From Octopus vulgaris (taxonomy: Eukaryota), in assembly GCA_951406725.2 (NCBI GenBank), contig OX597821.1, positions 77,500,001 to 77,564,000 of the forward strand: 64,000 nucleotides of DNA, in the 5' to 3' direction. Positions 26,757 to 38,511 of the stretch are shown piece after piece. Positions within the stretch are counted from its first letter, which is position 1. Each line of letters opens with the position of its first letter. A program made the position numbers and the translations under genes. Below the pieces are notes generated by a model. It made no database searches. It saw only the letters and a program-made list of their open reading frames with translations, and had not been told where the DNA came from.

Positions 26757-27258
26757 TTGGGGTCAAAATAATCGACTAATTATTAGAAACATTATTATTA
26801 TTATGATTATTATTATTACTATTATTATTATTATTATTCCAGTACACAACTGGTACTTAATTTATTGACCCCGCAAAAGGATGAAAGGCAAAGTCAGCCT
26901 TGGAGGAGTTTGAACTCAGAACATGAAGACAGACAAAATACTGCTAAGCATTTTGTCCGGCGTGCTAACGATTCTACCAGCACACTACTCTTTATTATTA
27001 TTATTATTATTATTATTATTGTGCAAGAAACAATTATTGTTATTTAACTTTGGTTGCTGTAAGCTCATAAAATTGTCGGTTCCCCGTTCTATTCATGAAG
27101 AAAGGGAGCACAGATGGTCAGCAAGTAGTCAGTAGGTAGATATATATTTATATAGCAAGTGGTTACATACAGGCTTTTGTCTCTTATCAAGTAAAAAAAA
27201 AAAAAAAAGCACACACCTCGTTGGAAACGAAGTGTCAGAGTTCTGAAATGACTGAGTT

Positions 27259-27549
27259 TCAAGGAGAAGCTGCTGGTGTTTCGGACACTGATGCAAGCTC
27301 TGTTTTATGTTCCCCACCTTCCTCGTTTGAAATCTTCGATGTGGAACCTTGTTGAAGGAATCGCTGCCATTTATTCAAACGGTCTTGTCTTTCTTCTTCC
27401 GTTTCGGCAATGTCGAATTTCTCTTTCCCATCCCAGGTCTCGGCTACAATCTTTTTCTGTGCAAACCACCGACCATTCAAAGCTACAATACATTCGTCGG
27501 CTTCTTCAGGTTCTCGAAAAGTCACTGATATCACACCTTTCTGGTTTCG
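27259..27549 (-). CDS. HTATSF1: HIV Tat-specific factor 1 homologue (Tat-SF1/Cus2), terminal coding exon: C-terminal half of the UHM/RRM2 domain and a short tail
   Basis: The acceptor ttgtttttcttcttcttgtag precedes 27549. The exon reads RNQKGVISVTFREPEEADECIVALNGRWFAQKKIVAETWDGKEKFDIAETEEERQDRLNKWQRFL...SP* (TGA at 27261-27259; 291 nt, phase 0). This matches the Tat-SF1 motif pattern GV.SV.F...EEAD.CI..L.GRWF....I.A..WDG...EET.EER..RL..W..FL. Confidence 0.95.
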   Translation of the reverse strand, partial: RNQKGVISVTFREPEEADECIVALNGRWFAQKKIVAETWDGKEKFDIAETEEERQDRLNKWQRFLQQGSTSKISNEEGGEHKTELASVSETPAASP

Positions 27550-27691
27550 CTACAAGAAGAAGAAAAACAAGCGTATAAATTTTGCATCAACAGGTGTAAT
27601 ATTACCTAAATTTTTTATACATATACACACATACATACACATATATACATATATAAATATATATATACTTATAAACATCTATCTTTCTATC

Positions 27692-27737
<46 letters not shown>

Positions 27738-28939
27738 TCATCATCATCATCATCATCATGTAACGTCTGTTTTCCATGCTGGCATGGATTGGAAGGTTTG
27801 TCTGAGGACTGGTGAGCCAGGCTCAATCTGAGTGTAGTGGGTGCTTTTTATGTGCCACTAGCACGAGAGCTAGTTAGGTGGTACTATCATCGACCACGCT
27901 TGAACAGTGTTTTTTATGTTCCACTGGTACGGGACCAGTTAGGTGGTACTGGCATCAACCACGCTCAAATGGTGCTTTTTACATGCCACCAACACGGGTG
28001 CCGATCAGGCAGTACTGTCATCAGCCCTGTTCAACAAATCCCCTCACAAGGCTTTGGTCAGCACAGATATATAAGAAGATACTTACCCAAGGTGCCAAGC
28101 AGTAGGACCGAACCAAAGACCATGTGGTTTGGAAAACAAGCCTCTTAACCACACAATCACACCTATGTCCTACCTACACCATACTTATGCCAATTAGAGA
28201 CGTTCTTAAACAACAATCAATAAAATTACAACTCGTTTACAATCAACTGTTTCCCATGTGTATCCCACTCTTAGAGATAGACTCACCCTTTACCTGAAAT
28301 AACTGGCACCAGGAAAAGCTCTTGGCCATAAAACAATGCCTAAAAAAAAAAGGGAACCTTGGTGAACAAAAATTAAATAGTTCTGGAACCCTTGAGTGCT
28401 GTGTGGTAAGAAGCTTACTTCCCAGCCACATGGTTCCAGGTTCAGTCCCAATGCGTGGCACCTTGGGTAAATGTCTTCTACCATAGCCTCAAGTTGACCA
28501 AAGTCTTGGATCTGGTAGAGGGAAACTGAAAGAAGCCCATCCTACGTGTGTGTGTGTGCGTGTATGTGTGTTTGTCCTCCACCACTGCCTGACAACTGGT
28601 GTTGGTGTTTACATCCCTATAACTTAGCGGTTCAGCAAAAGAGACTGACAGAATGAGAACCAGGCTTAAAAATAAATAAATAAACAAACAAACAAGTACT
28701 GGAGTCAATTCGTTCAACTAAAAATTCTTCAAAGCGGTGCCCCAGCATGGCCACAGTCTAATGACTAAAACAAGTGAAAGATAGAAGCTAAAAACGTGGG
28801 CCGTTTTCTACCTTTTCCTAGCAAAATGATAAAGGGTATCAAACTACAGTGTGGCCACAACTTCCGCTAAAAATAGCAGCCAAAACCTCCTCAACTTACA
28901 TCCTATAAGTCTTTAAAAATTAGGACTATTAGATAATGT

Positions 28940-29668
28940 GGGGCTAATGCAGTTTCGCTTCTCTCCTTGAAAAATGTATTTTTTGGAAAAATTTTTTTGG
29001 GGAGGGGGGATTTTTACGTTTTAGATATTGGAGATTACGAATATGCAAAAAAAAAAAAAATTTATTTCACCCCCACTTCCCCCCCCCCGTTTAAATTTTT
29101 TATTTTGTTTTCCTTTAAAGAGATCGTAGCGAACTAACGAGCTTATTTATGCAAATAGAAATTAAATACTGACTAAAAGATTAAAGTGAAAAGAATTAGC
29201 GTTTTACTTGTTTGCCTTAAATAATCGTAAATAATAATTAAATGTAAATTAAATATACACCATTTTATGAGAAACAAACATTAATGTTTAATAATTAGTG
29301 TTATAAAGTTTAACAAGGGTTCAAATTTCACCCTCCCCTTCAATTTTAAACTTTGAACTTTTTCATCCATCTATTTATTTGTCTTTGTCAACTAAATGTG
29401 GCGGTCAAAAGATGGTGGTGTTACTGTTGTTTTTAGCCCAGGAAGGCACTCATATCTATCTATCTATCGCTTTATAAACATATCTATATGCTTACTGAAT
29501 TTAAAATTTTGAAAACATGTTTTTTTTGCATATTCGAAAAAGTTTCAAAAAAATTTTTTTTTTTTTTTGCATACTCGTAATCTCGGACATCTAAAACGTA
29601 AGAATCCGAAAAACTTTTTTCGAAAAAAATGTCTTTTTCAAGGAGAGGTACGAAACTGCATTAGCCCC
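28940..29668. mobile_element. Non-autonomous DNA transposon with ~120-bp imperfect TIRs
   Basis: GGGGCTAATGCAGTTTCG...CGAAACTGCATTAGCCCC, with inverted similarity continuing through TTACGTTTTAGAT...GAGATTACGA.TATGCAAAA. The flanks gataatgt and aacaatgt match at 6 of 8 positions. Confidence 0.8.
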
Positions 29669-30548
29669 AACAATGTAGTACTAAACATTTAAACACGAGA
29701 TGGTCATGAGTGGAATGTCTCAGATTATAGATGCGCTTGATCAGGACTGACCTAGGGCTAAAACGACAACCTTTTAGAATGAGCGGCAGTGAAGTTCTCT
29801 TTTTCAACTTCCCTTCTTTGGTAGGGGACTTTTTTTTTTTATGCCATTTAATTTGAAACGTTAGCTGTCAACTAATAATTTCTATGGTAGATAATTTCTG
29901 AAACCACATTAAGCTTTTAAATTAACCAAGTTATTGCTTACGTCATAAGAATTTTGAAACTTTGAGAGACACGAAAGAAATCCTGGTCGCGTGGAAGAAT
30001 TACGTTAAAAACAAAAATAAGATAGAAAAGGTCGAAAGGTGTCCGTGGCAACCGAACCGACATCTTTTGTAAACAAAGACTGACGTTCTACCAGAAGATG
30101 TGGGTTCGTATAACACAGACAGCCTTCAACTTATCCATCCAAGAGTTTTTGTTAATCCTCTATTTATATGCTGTTATTTATAGCTTTACTTCCTTCGAGT
30201 TCCAAAGTTAAAAACGAATTAAACATGTTATTAATTTAAGACTCCTACAAAAATAAATTACTTTAATATATGTTTATATGGAATTAAAATTAAAATAATA
30301 ATAATTAATAAAATAATATGCAGAAGTAAAATAAAAAAAATTGATTAATTAATAAAGTGTTGGTTCTCAACGTTTAAAACTAAAATTAAATAAAAGTAAT
30401 TTGTGATAAGACTTGTCAAAATAAATTTACGGAGGATAGACAAAGGAGAAAAGCAGACAGCTTTAAGCAGTGAATCAAGGGAGAGAACTACGCACTGTTA
30501 CACTTAACGAAGGAGACTCGGATTGCGTACGACTATATTACAATTCTG

Positions 30549-31057
30549 GTGGACGCGTCTGAAAGGATTGGAGACAAACACTTTCCTCTATGGTCAATCT
30601 CTCATCAACTTCTTCAAGTATCACTTGAAAAGGAAAGTGACAGTAGAGAGGCTAGTTTTGACTAGCGAATGTTTCAAAAAAAGATGGGTAAAAGTAGCAA
30701 GGATGGCACATATGAATGACGAAGCCACCTTGACTATGATCCTATGGACCGTAAAAATTTAAACCAGAGGGTTACCTACTTGCAAACAAATGTGGTAACA
30801 TGTAACATTATTGACTGAGATTACCGTGGTCCTTTCCGTAGGCTTTTCTTTCCACGGATAAACCTTATCTGCTTCCCCCTTTACACTTTACATCATGACA
30901 TTTCTGTGATACACGATCCATATTGATCGTTTTTTTTTTCTTTCCCTTTTGATCGAAAACCTACCTCACTTTTTTTTTTTTTTTCTCCCCTAAAAGAAAA
31001 GCTCTACTTTGTAATCCGTCCTGTCTGTGTGCAGCCCTGTGTGGCTAATAAAGAAAC
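30549..31057 (+). mobile_element. 5'-truncated L1/Tx1-like non-LTR retrotransposon 3' end
   Basis: Perfect 14-bp TSD ATATTACAATTCTG (30535-30548, 31058-31071). The ORF end reads WTRLKGLETNTFLYGQSLINFFKYHLKRKV.VER....FKKRW, followed by a T-rich 3' UTR and AATAAA. The clade call is tentative. Confidence 0.7.
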
Positions 31058-33109
31058 ATATTACAATTCTGTGGTTTACGTCCACTAACTTACCTGGGTT
31101 TTGGTATACCCCGGTCAGTCAGTGACCCTTTGACCCTCGTATAAATTTCTGTTGCAGAATTTAATTTGTACCTACACAAGATGATGTAGTAGGAGCAGCT
31201 GGCAGGATTTGAACTTAGTCGTTAATCAATGAATTTCATTACTGCTCAGCACGTTACCGTCTGAGCCACCTTTACAGACCTCATGGTAACACCACAATAA
31301 ATTGGATTCTACAATGATTCTGAAATAATAATATTAGTAATAGTTAGAGGCACAGGCGTGGCTATGTGGTAAGAAGTTTGCTTCCCAACTACATGGTTCC
31401 AGGTTCAGTCCCACTGCGTGACAACATAAGCCGGTGTCTTCTACTATAGCCTTGGGCGGACCAAAGACTTGTGAATATATTTGACAGACAGAAACTATAA
31501 GAAGCCGGCCGTGTGTGTGTGTGAGTGTAAAGAGGTGTGTACGCACGCGCACATCTTTGTGTTTGTATTTGTGCCCCCAGCATGGCCGCAGTCTAATGAC
31601 TGAAACAAGTAAAAGATAAAAAGTATCGTAAAAGGAAAACATTCTTTAATTTTTTAAAAATTCAAAACCCATTCCTCCTCAACATTTTGGTCCAGATGGA
31701 TTTTATTTTGCTTTTCCGCGTTTGTTTCTTTTATTTTTTTTTTTTTCCAAATGGTGTTCTTTATTCTTGTTAGGAAATACCTCAAAGAGAAACTGAACCA
31801 ACTGGTTCTAAAGTTCTTTGAATTCTTTGAATATTACAGACCACAACCCTGTCGTTTACTTTAGCATTTTTATGTTGAGCAGAACAAAAACAAAGCACCC
31901 CACCCCCACAAAAAAAAACAAAAAAAAAATAATTAAACAGGAATGACAGATGGCTGTGTGGTAAGAGTTCTGCATCCCAGCCATATGATTCCAGGTTCAG
32001 TTCCTCTGTTTGGTACTTTGGGAAAGTGTCTTCAACTACAGCCCTTAGTCCCAGGCTGAGCAAAACCTTATGAGTGGATTTGGCAGAGAGAAACTGAAAG
32101 AAACTCGTCGTGTGTCGTGTGTGTGTGGTAAGAAGTTTGCTTCCTAGCCATATGGTTCTGGGTTCAAGTCCCACTGCATGGCACCTTCGGCAAGTGTCTT
32201 CTACTACAGCTTCATCCGACCAAGGCCTTGTGAGACAGAAGCTGGAAGAAGCCTGCCGTGTGCGTGTGTGTGTGTGCGTGTATATATCATTATCCTCATC
32301 GCTTAACGTCTGCCTTCCATGCTGGTGGGTGGGACGTATATGTGTGTGTGTGTGTGTGGTAAGACAGAACCTGTTGAGGCAGATTTTTTATGGCAGGCTG
32401 CCTTTCCTGTTGTCAACCCTCACCTTTCTCTCCAGGCAAGGTAATACTCCCCCATAGCCTGGCATATTCTTCATGGAAGTTTAGAATCAAACAATACCTC
32501 TTGTATGACAGTGATGCTCGTTTACAATCATCACATGATGTTGAGACATGTGCAAACAGGGGCACACATGCAGATTGGGCTTCTTCCAATTTCTGTCTCT
32601 CAAATGCACACACAAGTAGTAGTAGTAGTAGCAGCAGCAGCAGCAACAGCAGCAGTATTGTGGCATGTGCTGTAACAGTGCATCACTGCATCCACCATTT
32701 GTTAGTGATTCCCAATTCCTGGTGGATCAAAAAATTTGGCACCAGTCAGGTAACAACCCTTCACCCCATGGGTCTGTTTGTGTAGTTGTTGCTGGTGAGG
32801 GTTTTGCAAAGTCAGAGTGCAAATCCTACCTCAGCCTCTTTTAGTTGCGCTTTATGATATGCAGAGTAAACACCGGGTCTATTTTTTGACATATCAGTCC
32901 CCCCACAGAATCAAAGCAATGTGAAATGAAGTATTTTGCTCAAGATCAGAACACGCTGCCTGGTCAAACCCATGATCTGAAAATCATGAGTGCAACACCC
33001 GAACCAATAAGCCACGTGCCTTCACAGATGGAATTAAATATCTTACCAAAATACTCATCAGGCCTACAATGGTTTTCAATATAAAGAGAGGTTAACAGCT
33101 GGAGAACTT

Positions 33110-35009
33110 TGCATCAGAGGAATTCAAGACACGCTGCCCCTGGGAGCTCCTCTATGCTGATGACCTTGCTCTTGTAGCTGAATCACTACCTGAGCTAGAG
33201 AAAAAGTTCCAAGTATGGAGACAAGGTCTAGAATCAAAGGGCCTTAGAGTTAACCTAGCAAAAGGCACAGGAGTGGCTGTGTGGTAAGTAGCTTGCTTAC
33301 CAACCACATGGTTCCAGGTTCAGTCCTACTGTGTGGCACCTTGGGCAAGTGTCTTCTACTATAGCCTCAGGCCGACTAAAGCCTTGTTAGTGGATTTGCT
33401 AGACAGAAACTGAAAGAAGCCCGTCGTATATATGTATATATGTGTGTGTGTTTGTGTCTGTCTTTGTCCCCGCAACATCGCTGGACAACCGATAATGATG
33501 TGTTTACGTCCCCGTAACTTAGCGGTTTGGCAAAAGAGACCGATAGAATAAGTACTAGGCTTACAAAGAATAAGTCCTGGGGTCGATTTTCTCGACTAAA
33601 GGCGGTGCTCCAGCACGGCCGCAGTCAATTGACTGAAACAAGTAAAAGAGTAAAAACCTACTCTACTACTACTACTACTAGTCATAGTAAGTAGGAAGGC
33701 AGACAAATCATGAATCCCCTCAGGTAGATGACCCTGCTCAATCTGTAGAAAAGGTGTAGGCAGAAACTCCATAAGGCACATACAGTGTAAACTTTGGACA
33801 GACAAAAAGTACAGCAACATCAGAGGAAGAGAAACTAACTTTTGTATGTGGAAGGTGAGAGGCATAATAAATGCTGAACATGTGCGGAAAATAGACTCCA
33901 TCAATTACCAGGGTGGTAAGCTAGTGGTAGTAGATAGCTTCCAGTATCTAGGCGAGCAGGTTAGTAGTGGAGGTGGTTGTTCCGAGAGCGTAGGTGTGAG
34001 AATAAGATTAGGCTAGGTAAAGTTCAGAGAGCTCCTACCCATGCTGGCAACAAAGAGCTTCTCTCTCTCGGAGTGAAAGGTAGATTGTTTGATGCCTGTA
34101 TGTGAACAGCTATGCTGCATGGCAGTGAAACATGGGCTATAACAGCCGAGGACATGTGTAGGATTGAGAGAAATGAAGCCAGTATGCTTCACTAAATGTG
34201 CAATGTCAGTGTGTATGTTCCAGAGTAAGCATCTTGAGAGAAAAGTTAGGCATAAGAGGAATCAGATGTGATGTGCAAGAGAGACGACTGTGCTGGTACG
34301 GTCATGTGATGCATATGGACGAGGACAGCTGTGTAAAGAAGTGCCAATTTCTAATTGTGAAGGGAACCTGTGGTAGAGGTAGACCTAGGAAAACATGGGA
34401 CAAGGAGGTGAAGCATGACCTTTGAACTTTGAACCTCACAGAGGCAATGTCTAGTCACTAGACATTGCCTCTGTGAGGTTCAGAGACCTTTGGTGATGTG
34501 CTCTGCTTAAGAGAACCTGTCAAGCCAAATGCACCTATGCTGGTGGCACGTAAAAAAAATCAACCTTTGAACGTTGGACCTCATGGAGGCAAAGTGGCTG
34601 AGTACCTTTCAAGCATTGGGCCTCATGGAGGCACGGTAGCTGAGTTCCTTTTGAGCGGGCCTCACAGAGGCGAGGTGGCTGAGTTACTTTCAAGCATTGG
34701 GCCTCATGAAAGCAATGACCAAGACCCTTGGCATTATGTTGTGCTTGAGAAGAAGACCCATCAAGCTGAGCAAAATCACAGTCATGGCAGATACCAGAGT
34801 CATGCAAATGGCACCTGTGCCAGTGGCACGTAAAAGTACCCATTACACTCTTAGTGTGGTTGGTGTTAGAAAGGACATCCAGCCATAAGAACCGTGCCAA
34901 ATCAGACTGGAGTCTGGTGCAGCCTTCTAGCGTGCCAGCCCAGTCAAACCGTCCAACCCATGCCAGCACAGACAATGGACATTAAATGATGATGATGATG
35001 ATGATGATG
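33110..35009 (+). mobile_element. RTE-type LINE 3' portion (RT C-terminus, Cys-rich insert, 3' UTR, (GAT)n tail), interrupted by a SINE at 33264-33655
   Basis: PWELLYADDLAL (YADD at 33153-33164)...GLESKGLRVNLAK, then PCSICRKGVGRNSI, FQYLG, and RRLCWYGHVMHM...GRGRPRKTW. Contains stops and frameshifts. Confidence 0.9.
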
Positions 35010-35119
35010 TATACTCAACCAGGGCTGTGCTTAAGGTTAAAGAACAACAACACACACACACACACACACACACACATGCACACACACACACACAGAGGAA
35101 ATGATATAATAACACTTAC

Positions 35120-35209
35120 GTCATAAATCACAATCTTCCGGACTTCTCCAAACTTTGAACATTCACTTTGTACATCATCCTTCAGCTCTCGCAGTAAAGA
35201 AGGGTCCTC
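35120..35209 (-). CDS. HTATSF1: HTATSF1 penultimate coding exon (90 nt): N-terminal half of the UHM domain
   Basis: tttcatttcag|GAGGACCCT...ATTTATGAC|gtaagt. It translates to EDPSLLRELKDDVQSECSKFGEVRKIVIYD and joins in frame (phase 0) to RNQKGVISV of the next exon. It matches Tat-SF1 ED....E...D...ECSKFG.VRK...D. Absent from the ORF track. Confidence 0.95.
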
Positions 35210-35356
35210 CTGAAATGAAAGATATATTTTTTGTTAATGAGATGCTAAACCTTAACCCTTCAGCATTTAAACCAATTATACAACCTTTTATGTTTTATGT
35301 TCAAACCAGCCATATCCAGCTTTTCATACTGACCCTACAATGTCATTCCAAAAAGC

Positions 35357-35897
35357 AAAAGTAGGTTTACAGTTATCATGTAGGCACTTTAAATTTCTTT
35401 AAAAACATTTCATTACATTTAAATTTCTAATAATGGTTTCATATATTTTTATAATTAAGATCTAAACTGTTAATATATGAATGTGAAAGGGATAGTTGAA
35501 TAACTGTGCACCTACTTTTGGGCCACCCTTTGTGTGTATGTACATATATATATAAATGGAACAAAAATGCAGTAGAGGGCATTAAAGCATTTGGGCAGAA
35601 AGACGATTCAAAGGCTGACAAGAGAAATAACAATTAGAAGGACAAGCAAAAAGAAGACGGGTCATTCTTAGCTTTCTTTCACCACTGCATTTCAGGCAGT
35701 TACACTTGAGATGGTTTGATCTGGTTGCCCCTCAAAAAGTCTAAGCTAAAAGCATTAGACCCCTTTGTAAGAAAGCTAGCAAATGTGTACATTTGCTAGC
35801 TTTCTTACAAAGGGGTCTAATGCTTTTAGCTTAGACTTTAAAAGAAATTTAAAGTGCCTACATGATAACTGTAAACCTACTTTTGGGTCACCCTGTA
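35357..35897. mobile_element. Rearranged Tc1/mariner-type MITE with a fold-back duplication
   Basis: TIR-type sequence CAGGGTGACCCAAAAGTAGGTTTACAGTT (intact tip with TA at about 35897; copies at 35357 and 35502-35529). 35357-35400 is exactly inverted at 35841-35884. Confidence 0.6.
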
Positions 35898-36971
35898 TAT
35901 ACATAAATCTCTGTCGATTCACCAGAAGTGATAAATTACAGGACTCGTTACAAATGTAGAGTATTCTTTAGTACATCACAATTAAAATGCTCCGTTTTCC
36001 AGGACTCAGAGTTCCTCGTTTCTGATCATCAGGTGGTATGCCAAGCCTGTTTTTTTTTTTGTTTTTTTTTAATATTCCTTGTCTGAATATATTTATATAT
36101 GAGGAGCTTAATTTCAGAATTAGTATGAGTGCATATTTGGTCGATTTCACGATAACCATTAAAACACAATCTGCAAGCTGCTGGCTTCATGCATGTGAAA
36201 TTTTTTAAAGTCAATTATATATCATTATCATCGTTTAACATCCGTTTTCCATGCTGGCATGGGTTGGACAGTTTGACTGAGGTCTGGAGAGCCAGCGGCT
36301 GCACCAGGCTCCAATCTGATCTGGCAATGTTTCTATAGCTTGATGCCCTTCCCAACACCAACCAATCTGAGAGTGTAGTGGGTGCTTTTTACATACCACT
36401 AGCACAGGAGTCAGTCACACAAGCCTGACATCGATCATATTCAGATAGTGCTTTTTACATGCCACCAGCACGGGAGCCAGTCGGGGGCACTGGCATTGGC
36501 TATGTTCAGATGGTGCTTTTTATGTACCACCAGCACAGGAGCCAGTTGGGGGCACTGGCATCGCCACACATATATATATATATATATATATATTGAGAGA
36601 CAGACAGAAAGACAGAGACAGAAAGAAGAGAGATCAGTGTGTATTGTTTGAGGACCGTTACCAGCTTCAGTCAAAGAACTCCAGCATTAATGTTAACTCT
36701 TGTTTGACATTTGGTCCAATGTTTTGACTACAAGAGAGGTGTCTGTGGGTCTGTTCCTGTTCAAAGTGAAACCAAACCACCAACACCAGCTGGAACACAC
36801 ATACCTCATTCTTGCACTTCCTCTTCATTTCATTATATTCTATTTGTTTTCCATTATTTGTGCTACCATTCTAATTCTTCAGTCTTTTACTTCCCATGTT
36901 ATACTTCCACCTTTTACAGGCAACTATCTAAAAGCTTTTGTAGTTAGTTTTCTCAGTAAGCAAAATTCATG

Positions 36972-37011
<40 letters not shown>

Positions 37012-37127
37012 AATACATGTATGTGTATGTACATATATATATATATACATGTATGTGTATGTATGTATATATACATGTATGTGTATATATATATATACAT
37101 ATATATATATGCATATATATATACATA

Positions 37128-37169
<42 letters not shown>

Positions 37170-37299
37170 TATACATGTTTGTATATATATGCATATATAT
37201 ATACACACACACATATATGTGTATATATTTATATGTATGTGTATGTATATATACGTGTATGTGTATGTATATATATATATATAAATACATACATGAATG

Positions 37300-37339
<40 letters not shown>

Positions 37340-37427
37340 CATACATACAGGTTTGTATGCACATACATATATATACATACATACATGAATGTATGTCTAA
37401 ACATATATATATACATACAAACATGTA

Positions 37428-37479
<52 letters not shown>

Positions 37480-38511
37480 TGTATGTATGTGTGTGTGTAT
37501 ATATATATACACAAACATGTATACATATATGTATATATATATATATATGTGTGTGTATGTATGTATGTATGTATGTATGTATGTATGTATGTATGCATGT
37601 ATATATGTATGTATATGCAGTCCAACAGTTTCTTTTTTATCATCTTTATTATTTTTATTAAGAGAAAAAAAAACAGAAAATAAAATAATTTTGCAAAAAA
37701 AAAATAGAAAGAGAAAAAAAAGGAAAGAAAAAAAATCATAAGAAGAAAATAGTCAAAACTATTTCCTAATTCTTGTTCTTTACTTATCTTCACCTTGACA
37801 TGCATAACATAAATACAACACAAAGATTCCAAAGTGCTTTAACCACCATCACATTAAAAAGAAAACAAAACAACAGCAAAAAAAAAAGGGCAGAGGAAAA
37901 AACACTGGGAGAGAATACGATTGTCTAAATAGATTGGATCAATAAAAACTAATTGTAAGTCAATAAAATGAAGTGTTGAAAGGATTATGTCAAACATATT
38001 CTGTAAGCCATCAGAGTTAGTTCTACAATATATAACACAACTCCAGCCACCACCACCACCACCACCACTACAGCAAGTACAGACATCATCATCATCATCA
38101 CTACCTCCCACATGGACATCATCTGACATCGGAGTAAGGTTGCCTCTGTTGTTTATATTTATCTAAGACAACAGTACTGGAGGTAGGGTCTCCGTAATCC
38201 TTCAATACTCTTTAACATCAAACGCCCTTAAAATTCTAAGACGGGAAGTTTTTTAGGGGGTTTTTTTTTTATTATTTCTTATTTTTGGTTTTGCTGTCTT
38301 TTACAAAAAAACTGTACCAGACACAGCTGGTTGGGTCGAAGAGAAATAACAAAATGAATACGAACACTGAAGACCAACTTTGTGTTGAAGCATTACATCA
38401 AACGTAGGTGTTGCTGTTGATGTTGTTGTTAATCCAGAAACTTGTAACCAACCATTTGCTGAGACGTGACATAAGTAACACATCTATTCAGCTTGTAGAA
38501 CAGTTTTATAC

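Noticed and set aside
35968-36050. Possible exon RLGIPPDDQKRGTLSPGKRSILIVMY* on the minus strand
   Set aside because: The AG is preceded by poly-A rather than a pyrimidine tract, there is no similarity to Tat-SF1, and it ends in a stop upstream of the true exon.
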